Below, one piece after another: positions 44,194-54,044 of a stretch of 64,000 nucleotides of DNA; position 1 is the stretch's first letter; each line of letters opens with the position of its first letter. The notes below the pieces were generated by a model that made no database searches, was not told where the DNA came from, and was given only the letters and a program-made list of their open reading frames with translations. The stretch lies in NCBI GenBank assembly GCA_009859145.1, contig VRVR01000005.1, positions 75,917-139,916 on the forward strand. The letters run 5' to 3'. The position numbers were made by a program, and so were the translations under genes. Origin of the DNA: Andalucia godoyi And28 (taxonomy: Eukaryota; Protista; Jakobida).

Positions 44194-45942
44194 ATGTCGA
44201 ATCGTAGGGTATCGATTTTGTTTGGGACGCAGACTGGGTGTTCTGAAGAAGTAGCGTACCAGCTTGCGCGGGATGCAGAGCGCCGGCATTTTTCAACGAA
44301 TGTGTCTTCGATGAATGATTTTCCGTTTTCGGCGCTTGTTACAGAGTCGCTTATTGTATTTGTGTGTTCCACGACAGGTCAGGGCGACACGCCTTCCTCC
44401 ATGAAGGAGTTTTGGCGATTGCTACTTCGAAAGTCTATTCCGCTGGATTTCCTGAAGAATGTGAATGTTGCGGTCTTTGGTTTGGGAGATTCTTCGTATG
44501 CAAAGTTCAATGCTGTGGCGCGGAGATTGGAGCGACGGTTGCTGCAAGTTGGGGCTTGTGTAATTGCAAGAGTTGGGCTCGGCGATGACCAGCACCCTCT
44601 CGGCGTTGACGGGGACCTGGCGCCTTGGAGAAATGAGCTGTGGAGTGCGGTCGATGCGATATATCCGCTTCCTGCTGGTTTTTCTGCAATTTCAGATAAT
44701 GATCTGCTTCCTGTTCGATTGGGCGTGAGCGTTCAGAAAGGTGCGCATGCTGCCGTCGGCGATGGAGAAGAACCTCGCAGCAGAACGGAGAGGACGAGGA
44801 CGCAGCGTGATTCGACGCTCTGTTCACTCATTTCCAATGACAGGATGACGTCTGGAGACCATTTTCAGGATGTACGATGGATCAAGCTTGATATTTCAGA
44901 ATCTGGACTCTCGTTTGAGCCGGGAGACGCGGTTGCAGTAATGCCGCAGAATTTCAAGGATGATGTGGACCGGCTCATGAAGTTGTTCGATCTGCACAGC
45001 TCGGATTGCTTGCTGATCGAGCAGTTTTCCAAGAGTCCAATCCCAGCGCGTGAAGTCTTCTCTTCGTGGCTTGACATCTGCGGGACCCCGGCGAGGTACT
45101 TCTTCAGCGTCCTTTCGCACTTTACATTGGATGAACTGCAACGGGATCGGCTGCAGTATTTTGGCTCGGCAGAAGGAAACGACGATTTCTATCGCTATTC
45201 TCGGAAAGAAAGACGAACGTATGTCGAGGTGTTGGAGGATTTTCCAACCGTCAAGCTTCCTCTCGAGCGTTTTGTCGACCTTGTGCCACGGCTTCGCCCG
45301 CGGTACTTTTCCATTGCCTCTGCGCAGGCATCGCAGCCACACATTATGGATCTCGCCGTCGCGGTCGTCCAGTACAAAACCCCGTACAAACGCAGCCGAA
45401 GGGGACTGTGCTCCACGTTTTTGGCCACATTGACTGCAGGCGAGCAGATTGAGGTCTGGATCGAGAAAGGGACGGTTGCCATGCCGCCGTCTCACGACAC
45501 TCCGTTGCTAATGGTGGGCCCGGGTACCGGCTGTGCTCCTTTTCGTGCGTTTTCCCAAGCACGGACAGTGGCAAAGGGCTCCTGTGCCAATATGTGCTTT
45601 TATTTTGGCTGTCGAAACAAGCACTCCGACTATTTGTTTGGGTCTGAGTGGGAGTCCTTTGGGTTTGGGCACTTCCGTGTTGCCTTCTCTCGCGACCAAG
45701 AGAGCAAGGTTTACGTGCAGCATTTGATCGAAAGAGACGTGCAGTACATTGCCAATCTGATTCTTGACCAAGGTGCGTACATCTACATTGCAGGAAACTC
45801 AAAGAACATGCCTGAAGCAGTTCAATCCGCAATCGTGGAGTGCTTGGTCGGATCTGGAAAGGTTCCAAGTCTGGAAGTGGGGCAGAAGCTGCTGCGACAA
45901 ATGGAGCTGCAGAAGCGATTCTTGATGGAAACGTGGTCCTAA
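44194..45942 (+). CDS. NDOR1: NADPH-dependent diflavin oxidoreductase 1 (Tah18)
   Basis: ILFGTQTGCSEE, CSTTGQG, FGLGDSSYAKFN, GLGDDQH, PRYFSIAS, MVGPGTGCAPFR, FGCRN, AFSRDQ, YIAG, C-terminal ETWS; 582 aa. Confidence 0.95.
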   Translation: MSNRRVSILFGTQTGCSEEVAYQLARDAERRHFSTNVSSMNDFPFSALVTESLIVFVCSTTGQGDTPSSMKEFWRLLLRKSIPLDFLKNVNVAVFGLGDSSYAKFNAVARRLERRLLQVGACVIARVGLGDDQHPLGVDGDLAPWRNELWSAVDAIYPLPAGFSAISDNDLLPVRLGVSVQKGAHAAVGDGEEPRSRTERTRTQRDSTLCSLISNDRMTSGDHFQDVRWIKLDISESGLSFEPGDAVAVMPQNFKDDVDRLMKLFDLHSSDCLLIEQFSKSPIPAREVFSSWLDICGTPARYFFSVLSHFTLDELQRDRLQYFGSAEGNDDFYRYSRKERRTYVEVLEDFPTVKLPLERFVDLVPRLRPRYFSIASAQASQPHIMDLAVAVVQYKTPYKRSRRGLCSTFLATLTAGEQIEVWIEKGTVAMPPSHDTPLLMVGPGTGCAPFRAFSQARTVAKGSCANMCFYFGCRNKHSDYLFGSEWESFGFGHFRVAFSRDQESKVYVQHLIERDVQYIANLILDQGAYIYIAGNSKNMPEAVQSAIVECLVGSGKVPSLEVGQKLLRQMELQKRFLMETWS

Positions 45943-46070
45943 ATTCTGAAGGCCCGGAGACCCAAGCAACACGTCTGTTTGCATCAAAAATACTGCAGCA
46001 CTGGGAAGCTGTGCCAATGGTCCGTTTTATGTGCCTTTTTTTTTTTTTGTATGCATTGATGAACAGAGTA

Positions 46071-46997
46071 TCATTGTTGCTGTTGCGTGTTCTCAGGTTG
46101 GTTTGGCAGAACGGCAACGAACAAAATCTTCTTGTGAATGCTTCGATTCTCGATGCACCGACCCTTGGCCCGCAGAGTGTCCACGTCGTAATTGGTGGGC
46201 AGCTTCAGAACCAGCAGTGGGCATCCGCCATTGAACAACTCGGTGATGAGCTCATCCAGGAACACCTTGCTCCCGTCCCTGTCCAGCAAAGCAAGATCTC
46301 GGATCACGTCGTTTCTGTAATACTCATCACCTCCCCAAGGAGGATCCATGAAGATGACCGCCCCATTACACTTTTGCTTGTATTCCGCACGAAACCACGT
46401 AATAAAATTTGCATTCACACACTCGACCAGCCCCGAAAGCCCGTATTCTGCAACGTTGTGTTTCAAACACGTGTATCGGACTGCATCCAGTTCAATAGCA
46501 AAACACCGCTCAAACGAATTCTCGCTCTTCACAAACGAGATGACGTTTCCCCCGAGTCCAGACGTCCCATCCACAATATAGTTCTTAGTCCGCGGAACTC
46601 CGCCGCAAAACCGGTCCAGCAGGTCGAAAATCCAGTAACGCACTTTTCGCGCAGAGTCATGATACGTCACAAACCGCAGCCCTTCGTCATCATACCACAA
46701 ATTGTCAAACGAGAACCCAGGCCGGGACGATGTTGGAAACAACCAGTCGAATTGCCGCTGCTTTCCACTGTGAATCTTCTTCATGATCTCCGTTTCCTCA
46801 GTCTCTGAGCCTCGAATTCGAGGGGCTTCATAGTGCCTCGGAACCTTGGCTCTGTTAGCTTCACTACCATCATCATCACCGCAACCACCACTCCTGCTGC
46901 CGCTGCTACTATTGCTGCTATTACTCATTTCTTGCCGTTTGTCCACAGGTGCGGTGTCCGGATCGGAGGAACTCACCAGCTCGAACCTTCTCTTCAT
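46071..46997 (-). CDS. Trimethylguanosine synthase-like RNA cap guanine-N2 methyltransferase
   Basis: IVDGTSGLGGN SAM-binding motif, AIELD, LKHN, FMDPPWGG, LKLP; 308 aa from ATG 46997. Confidence 0.85.
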   Translation of the reverse strand: MKRRFELVSSSDPDTAPVDKRQEMSNSSNSSSGSRSGGCGDDDGSEANRAKVPRHYEAPRIRGSETEETEIMKKIHSGKQRQFDWLFPTSSRPGFSFDNLWYDDEGLRFVTYHDSARKVRYWIFDLLDRFCGGVPRTKNYIVDGTSGLGGNVISFVKSENSFERCFAIELDAVRYTCLKHNVAEYGLSGLVECVNANFITWFRAEYKQKCNGAVIFMDPPWGGDEYYRNDVIRDLALLDRDGSKVFLDELITELFNGGCPLLVLKLPTNYDVDTLRAKGRCIENRSIHKKILFVAVLPNQPENTQQQQ

Positions 46998-47385
46998 ACT
47001 CGGTCTGCACAGCACCAACAAATCCTCTTATCCAAACAAGTCATCAGCATCATGCTAGGCTCCACACTCGAAAAAAATCCATCCGTGATCCAGTCTTCAC
47101 CATTCAGGCGGTCGATCCGTAGTTCATTTACGCTTGAGTTGCTCGAGTTCCATGAGTTTCCGCCAAGCGTCAAGCATCGGATGCTTTTGGGTGTTCAAGA
47201 CATCAAAGCCTTCAAGTCGGGAAACAAAACCCCCAAATTCCCGATCCCCCTCGAAAACACGAGGATTCACGTTTTCATTGCTTTTACCACTTTCCCATTT
47301 TATTGATGGATTGTTTAGGTTTGCTATCATCTATTTTTTTCCCCCTGTGTCCCTGTGCAGCTCAAGAGCTCTTTCAGGATTTACT

Positions 47386-48895
47386 ATGGCGAGCACTGTG
47401 TTTCTTATGGGATTTGGTCGACATGAAACGTTTAAAGTGACTCCATCGACGGTACTTTCGCAAATCCTCGATGATTTTTGCGTGAAAAACTCTCTCGACT
47501 CGGCGACGATGGGGCTGAGGTACAAGCAAAAGGATCTGGAGCTCTCGACAAACATTCGAATCTCGGGTCTTCCTCCAGGTGCAAAAATCGATGTGGTCAG
47601 AAAGTCGTCGGCGGAACTTTCGCTTGACGGCGAAGTCAAGGTTGCAATCCAGACTCCAAGCGGCGAGCGAGTCTCGTGTACTGTTTCGTCTCGAGGATCG
47701 CTTTGGGACACTCTGCTTCTTTCGTATGTCTTTTGTTCTTTTTTTGCGCATTCGGATCCACAATTCCACATGTTCGTGTTGCACGCGACTCTAATCCTGC
47801 TGTGCTTGTTTTCCTTTGTTGATGTGTACTGTCGGGTCCTGTTTTCACATTCATACGTGTCTTTTTCATAGAAAAGTGCACATTCCGGTGGACCAAGAGC
47901 CAAGTCTGGTGTTCATGAACCGGGCATACGCTGGAACGAGAGCACTGATGGAAACATCGCTCATCAAAATCGGTGCTCACCCAAACAGCTCGTGTCTGCT
48001 TCGATTGCAGTTTGCACCCAAAGCCAGCATCTCCGAGTCTGAAGAGAGCAGTCCGGCGGCGGCAGCAGCAGCGGTGAACAAGTCATCGCCGGTTGTGACG
48101 CCTGTGAATGATGTGTTTTTGCAATCCGGCGATTCGGGGCATGCAACCACAATCCTCAATGCGTACGAAGGACAGTCGAAGAAATCCAAGACCGTTGCGA
48201 CAAGCGAAGAATCGTTTGCTACGGACTCCCCATCGCCAATCATCGATCGCCAAGTCAGGGTGTTTATCCCTTCCGCACAAATTCCACCTGTGGAAGTGCC
48301 AGACGAATACTACGACGTTACCTCGGAAGACATTCGACACATTATCTCGCACCAGGCACTTGAAAGCGCATCAAACGACGTGCTGAAGACCCAAGCACTG
48401 CGAGACCAAGAGGCAGCGAAGAGGGCACGTGTATACAATCGAACAATCATACGTGTTCGACTGCCGGACGGATACATCCTACAAGCAGTGTTTGCACCTG
48501 CAGAGCCGATGCGGAGTGTCTATCAGTTCGTGCGAGACCATGTCGAAAACAAGGATGTGCAATTCGAGTTGTTCCAGACTCCCCCGAGAACCGTCTTTGC
48601 AGACATGGGGGCTTCGCTTTTGTCCCTAAAACTCGTTCCTGCTGCGATCTTGTCCGTTGCATGTGGCGGGCAAATTTTCGACATTCGCTCCGATCTGAAA
48701 GCCTCCGCTTCCACGTTGGATACGGCGGAAGTCAAGATTACGCCGGTATCGGTGGGTGGCAGAGAAATCCGTGAGGAATCTGCTGCTGATGCATCGTCGT
48801 CGTCTTCTTCTTTTGGAAGTTCCGCGTCTGCAGAGCAAAGCAGGGAAGCCAAAGAAAAAAGGCTTGCGAAACTCATGGGCCTGGGCAAGAAGTGA
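47386..48895 (+). CDS. ASPSCR1: TUG/ASPSCR1/UBX4-type UBL-UBL-UBX p97 cofactor; exons 47386-47723 and 47872-48895 (453 aa)
   Basis: N-terminal UBL (VTPSTVLSQILDDFC...LSTNIRISGLPPGAKID), second UBL, EVPDEYYDVT..D, UBX (IRVRLPDGYILQAVF). Phase-2 intron 47724-47871 (GTATGT, CTAAT, TAG) restores the frame. Confidence 0.9.
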
Positions 48896-48969
48896 AATTG
48901 GATTCAGTCATGCAAAGAGCAATAAAATCAGGATGAATCAATCGCAGAAACACAGAAGATGATGTTCCC

Positions 48970-50430
48970 TTACTGTTGCCCGTAACGCTGTCGAAGTGGG
49001 TGATCAGGATACTGCCGAGAGAATTCCTCCCATGCGTTGCAAATGGATTCTTCGATGTCAAAATACCGCGGGATACGGGTACTGTCCTTTGGCTCGAGGT
49101 CCACCAGTCGAATCTTAAACTCCGTTGCAGATCGAAAGCAAATCATAATTGAAAGATCCATGGCAGTGCGGGAAATAAGAAATGCACGAATGAGGTCAAT
49201 CTTTGCCAGGTCTGTTTGTCCATGCGCATCCACATTGCGTAGCTGGTCCCAGGAAACTGGCCGGGATGGATCCACATTCAAATTGTAATTTCCATTCAGC
49301 TCATTGTACATGTCTTGGATGGCATCCACGTCGACCAAATCCAACCGCTGAACGTCCTCGATACGTTTCAAAACGCCTTCATTCTGCAAAATTGACGCCA
49401 GCGTCTCCATCTCGGTAAACACTGCAGCATCGGACAACTTGCCATCGACAAAAACCCGAAAGTTGTTCTGGGGACACTCTTGCAAATCATGCAAGGCTCG
49501 CCGCAACCTCTGCGCATTCATCGAAAACAAGTCCAACGGATTGTAAAGGCTCACATCTTGATTCGATCCCTTTTTCCAAAACAAAAACAAAACAAAACAC
49601 TTAGTGGTCTTCTACAAACACACACACGCACGCACACACACACAATGAGCACCAAGCAGGCAAGAAGAGGAAGAGGTCGCCAGTAAGGAAGAACATACTG
49701 TGATGAAACGCTGCGTTTGCAGAAGAGTGTATCTTGGCACGCGTGAGCGAATGTGAGGAAACCTCCTCAGCACTTGCAACTGTGGTACAAACCCGCACTT
49801 TGGCTTAATTTCAATGCAAAAAGAGTGCAGATCTGCTCTTCCATCCAAAACGCACGCGTCTTCAATCAGCTTTCCAATGGGAAGTAGCAAGCGAGGAGAG
49901 GTTGAAGCTCGTCGTTTTGCAGGCCGATCCAGCTCGGTGCATGCAGCAAGATTCCTGATAAAGTCGCACGAAATGCGGATCCAGCGACTAGAACAGAAAT
50001 AAGCGCTCCCGATAAGCGGCTTCATTACGTTTTCCTCAAACTGTTCAGCAGCGGCCACATGCTCTTCTTCGAGCAATTCGTCTTCGAATTCAGACCCATT
50101 TTCCAATAGACTCGTCTGTTCGCTCAGAGAATACCGAGATTTTTGCAGCCGCAGAACCTTTCCAGTCTATTCCCATAAAATAAACAATCAGTCAGAAACA
50201 TAGGAGGGAGATCATTACTACAACACAAAAAACAGCAAAAAAAAAAAAAAAACCCATAGTATGATGATGATGACGATGATGAGTCATACGAATTGAGTGT
50301 CGGATCCAGTGTACGCATAAACAATGTTTGCGCCGCCTTCGCCCCTATATACCCAGTCTCTGCAATCCAACTGCACAACATCAGATCCAAGGTATGTCGA
50401 CTCGAAATTGCAAATTGCCTCAATCGACAT
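48970..50430 (-). CDS. IPK1: Inositol-pentakisphosphate 2-kinase; exons 50430-50290, 50166-49699, 49569-48970 (402 aa)
   Basis: WVYRGEGGANIV, GKVLRLQK, CIEIKPKCG, YNPLDLFS, PQNNFRVF, FLISRTAMDLSIMI, VDLEPK. Phase-0 introns 50289-50167 (GTATGA) and 49698-49570 (GTATGT). Confidence 0.93.
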
Positions 50431-50740
50431 CCTTTGTACCCCCCGATCCTAGTGTGTGTTTCTGGGCTTTCGACTGATCTTTGAGGAGGAAAAATACTAA
50501 CCAAGAGCTGACGCAGAGAAATACAAAGGAAAAGTGGAAACCGAAAAAGGTGGTCTCACCATCAATTGATGCTAGGAACGAGGAGAAACATCCAGCAACA
50601 AAAAGCCAGCAATTTTCCCTTTTGGCGCTTTTGTTTTCTCCGTTCTTTTTGGTTGCTCTTCTTCTTTTGGTTCAGCGGCATGAGAAGGTTATGTACACCG
50701 GGTAGTGTGCTATGGACTCTTAGACTTTGGTAGTTAGTGC

Positions 50741-51157
50741 ATGTCTTCTGAAATCCGTCGGGCGCTTTCTTATGAGCAATCGATTGCGGCGCTTCTTCGG
50801 AGATCGCAGAATCTGGAGTTGATGCAAGAGCGAGACGCATATTCCGAGCGGTTGCAAGCGTACAAGTCGCGACTCTTGCGATTTCTAACGTGCATCATTC
50901 CTGTCAACTCTTCCATTTCTATGCCGCATCTCACGAAAACATCCGCACAGCAGAGGTTTCACGTGACGCAAGAACCTGTCTCGGTCTTTTCCGTCCCGTC
51001 GTATGTCAAGAATCTCGAGCAGTGGGACCCATTCCTCCAGACGACCGATGACCATGACCGTGACGAATTCTATGATGAAGACCAAAGCGAGAGTGGCGAT
51101 GATGAAGACGCTGAAGATGGCGGCGACGTCGATGAGGAAGTCGATGAAGACGGCTGA
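50741..51157 (+). CDS. Hypothetical 138-aa protein with acidic C-terminal tail
   Basis: ATG-initiated ORF, helical N-half and D/E-rich tail; no family recognised. Confidence 0.55.
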   Translation: MSSEIRRALSYEQSIAALLRRSQNLELMQERDAYSERLQAYKSRLLRFLTCIIPVNSSISMPHLTKTSAQQRFHVTQEPVSVFSVPSYVKNLEQWDPFLQTTDDHDRDEFYDEDQSESGDDEDAEDGGDVDEEVDEDG

Positions 51158-51826
51158 CAGCTTTGTGCGTAGAACACCAAAACAATACGATTTTCTTACC
51201 GTAGTCAAGTCTAGAATTTCTTTCATTCTTGCACTTTTTTCTTTCTATTATTCGTTCCGTTAGCTTGTTTTTAATAATTGAACCCTCAAGCAGCACCTTT
51301 CATCAGAGACAAAGACAAAACCATCTCATGGCTCCAAAGAGGGATCTCCCCAACAAACTCAAACCGGCCATGCCCGAAGATACCGAGAACCAAGAAGCTC
51401 GTGGTTGCGATGACCATTTGGTGCAGAGCAATCTGCATTGAAGAGTTGGTGCTCGCCCGAAAAATAAACAAAACATGTGGCTTGGATCTGTCTTCAGGGA
51501 CAGCTTAGTCCGATGATCAACGAGCAATGGCGGAAAGGAGGAGACGAGGAACAGAAACAGGTGTGAGCTGCTGTACTCCTGCCTTCCAAAAACGGCTATT
51601 TGGAAACGTTTCTTGTTTTGGTTATTCGCCATCGCTGATTGATGTTCCGAATCCCCGATTACCAGGAATGCTGCACGAACCAGCAAAATGAACAAGCCAC
51701 GAACAATCCGATTTCTTATCTTAACTCGTGTTCGACGATTCGCTACGGGTTTTTTTTTTGATATTTTGCTTGTTCACCGTTTCATTTTCTTAATCCACAT
51801 TTCGATTCACATACAAATATATATAC

Positions 51827-51827
51827 A

Positions 51828-51863
<36 letters not shown>

Positions 51864-51954
51864 CAGAGAGAGAGACTCACAATTTCGTCTGACAAATTAT
51901 TCTTTGCTGGTTTCGGACGATCGTTTAACCCAAACTCACAACGACAACAAAAAC

Positions 51955-51985
<31 letters not shown>
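51827..51985. repeat. (GA)n/(GAGACA)n and (CA)n microsatellites
   Basis: Direct reading. Confidence 0.9.
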
Positions 51986-51988
<3 letters not shown>

Positions 51989-52030
51989 ATCGCACTCAAG
52001 AAAAGTAGAAGAAAGAAAAGAATAGAGAAG

Positions 52031-53374
52031 ATGGGCACGCAAGACATTGAGATGGCGACGTTTCCATCAAAAACAACTTCTGCATCGGCAACCCAGTCGC
52101 CATTCCAGCTTCCGCCTTCAACCATTCTCCAGAGTCCACCCCAAAAGAATCTCGACAATTCAGACTCGGTGTTGGATGTGTCTTCGGACGGCCTGTCGCC
52201 TGCAAAGACAACATTCACGCTGATTGCGGTGATTGCCGGAGCGGGGCTCCTGTCCCTTCCGTATGCAGTCCGACTCGCTGGATGGATTGCGATTCCGTTG
52301 ATGGCGTTTACGTGCATGGTGTCCAACAACACGGCCGAGTCGATTGCAAGAATGATGATCACCCACAATCTGCACTCGTTTCCCGAGATCGGGCAAAAGG
52401 CATTTGGGGCGTTTGGCAAGTACGTCATCATGTTTGTGCACAAGTGCACGCTTGTGGGAATCGGAATTCTCTACTTGGTGCTTGCAGGCATCAACGTCAA
52501 GTCGATTGCGATCGCGTACAGCTCCAATAACAGCAGCATTCCCGGGGTATCTGTGTGGATTGCAATCTGTGGTGTCGTGATATTGCCCGTGATGTACATA
52601 CGACACATCCACGAAGCGCCGCTGCTGACGCTGTTCGGAGCCTGTGCATCTGGGTTTGCAGCCATTGCCGTGATCATCGACTCGGTCACGGATCTCGCAA
52701 CCGAAACCAACGACTCGCGACAAGTCGATATTGATCTGGAAGGAACACCGGTGTCAATGGCTTCCGTTGCCTTTGCATTCTGCGTGCAAACCGTCGTTCC
52801 GCCCGTTGTCGAAGCCATGAAAGAGCCCAAAAAATTCCCTGTTGCGATGAGATGGTCTTCTGTTATTGTCATATCATTCTATGCTTTAGTTGCAGGTCTC
52901 GGCTATGCTGCATATGGACTCAACACGGAGTCGCCCGTGACGCTCAACATGCCGCAAACAGCACCGCTCACGACCGTTGCCGTAGCAGCCGTCACTGCTC
53001 ACGTCATGGTCATCTTCCCGGTCATGCTCAACCCAGTCTGCGTAGTCATCGAAGGACACCATGCCTGGGCTGAATCCACCATCCTCCGTGCCGTCTCCAG
53101 AACCGCACTCACAGTCTTTTGCGTCGGAGTCGGAGTCTCGGTCCCATACTTTGGAGACGTCATGTCGCTCATCGGCGCGTTCTTCCTCTCAAGTCTTGTC
53201 TTCATCTTTCCCTCTGTCTTCGAGCTCAAAATCGAATGGACACGCATCGGAACCGCAAGAAAAATGTGGAATGTATTCGTTTTCATCTTTGGTCTCGCAA
53301 TCTGTGTCGTTGGGACCATCTTTGCCGTGAACACTCTCGTCACTGACTTTGAAACCAACCCGCCCCAGTTTTGA
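52031..53374 (+). CDS. Amino-acid transporter, AAAP/Aa_trans family (AVT1-like)
   Basis: IAGAGLLSLPYA...GW, SFPEIGQKAFG, AFAF, MKEPKKF, GYAAYG, PYFGDVMSLIGA, FIFP; about 11 hydrophobic segments; 447 aa. Confidence 0.93.
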   Translation: MGTQDIEMATFPSKTTSASATQSPFQLPPSTILQSPPQKNLDNSDSVLDVSSDGLSPAKTTFTLIAVIAGAGLLSLPYAVRLAGWIAIPLMAFTCMVSNNTAESIARMMITHNLHSFPEIGQKAFGAFGKYVIMFVHKCTLVGIGILYLVLAGINVKSIAIAYSSNNSSIPGVSVWIAICGVVILPVMYIRHIHEAPLLTLFGACASGFAAIAVIIDSVTDLATETNDSRQVDIDLEGTPVSMASVAFAFCVQTVVPPVVEAMKEPKKFPVAMRWSSVIVISFYALVAGLGYAAYGLNTESPVTLNMPQTAPLTTVAVAAVTAHVMVIFPVMLNPVCVVIEGHHAWAESTILRAVSRTALTVFCVGVGVSVPYFGDVMSLIGAFFLSSLVFIFPSVFELKIEWTRIGTARKMWNVFVFIFGLAICVVGTIFAVNTLVTDFETNPPQF

Positions 53375-53434
53375 TGATGGTCATGATGATGAGGCCATCT
53401 CCATCTACCCACCTATTCATATTTTTTCGTTCCC

Positions 53435-53526
53435 TCGTTCAGTCGTTCGTTCAGTCGTTCGTTCAGTCGTTCATTCAGTCGTTCGTTCAGTCGTTCATTC
53501 AGTCGTTCGTTCAGTCGTTCGTTCAG
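53435..53526. repeat. 12-bp tandem repeat (TCGTTCAGTCGT), ~7.7 copies
   Basis: Direct reading; two units carry TCAT in place of TCGT; lies 3' of the transporter. Confidence 0.96.
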
Positions 53527-53602
53527 TTTCTGGGTCTCAATGCGTATGTCTATAATGTTTAATTTCTCCTGTAGTTGCTGTGCGTAATAATAGTAATACA
53601 AG

Positions 53603-53759
53603 GCTCGCATGCTGCGCCTCGGGCAATATAAAATGACGTTTCAAATCAGCACGAACACCCATCAAATGAGTACTCTTGAGTAGGACATCCGTGCAGCCAT
53701 GCAGAAACAGTCCATTTTTCGTCGGAGGTCGACGGCTGTCAACTGAGCCATGCTATCCG
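53603..53759 (-). repeat. Dispersed intergenic element, copy 2 (homologous to 9471-9682)
   Basis: See copy 1; 29/32 and 16/18 nt colinear blocks in inverted orientation. Confidence 0.85.
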
Positions 53760-54044
53760 TCCCCAGTGCTCCTCTTCAAATAAAAAGTCTGTCTGGGAAA
53801 GCTGGTTTTTTTCAAATTTGTGTTGCAGAATTTGACGCCTTTGCTTTTCTCCTTTTCTTTGGTGTCGCTTTGGTTTTCCACCTTTTTTTTTAATACTTCC
53901 CGCCTCTTTTCTTTCTTTCTACTGCTCCTGGCTGCTGCTGTTGCTGCTGTTGTAACTTGTTGAGAAAGTAGGATTCCTTTTTTTATTTGTCTTTCGTTGG
54001 AAACAGAAGAAGAAGGAAAGAGGAGGGTTCGTGAGGCGAGGATC

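Noticed and set aside
51286-51695. Minus-strand ORFs (MANNQNKKRF...) with faint eL20-like spacing
   Set aside because: Invariant eL20 residues (FAPN, KSRFW) are missing, no GTATG intron joins the frames, and the product is far too short.
27485-53526. Tandem arrays (18-bp and 12-bp) as CRISPR-like arrays
   Set aside because: No unique spacers, eukaryotic context and no cas genes; ordinary minisatellites.
25783-53657. CAGCACGAA and GCTGCTGTACTC recurring in several spacers
   Set aside because: Matches of 9-13 nt at this frequency are expected by chance in ~12 kb of intergenic DNA.
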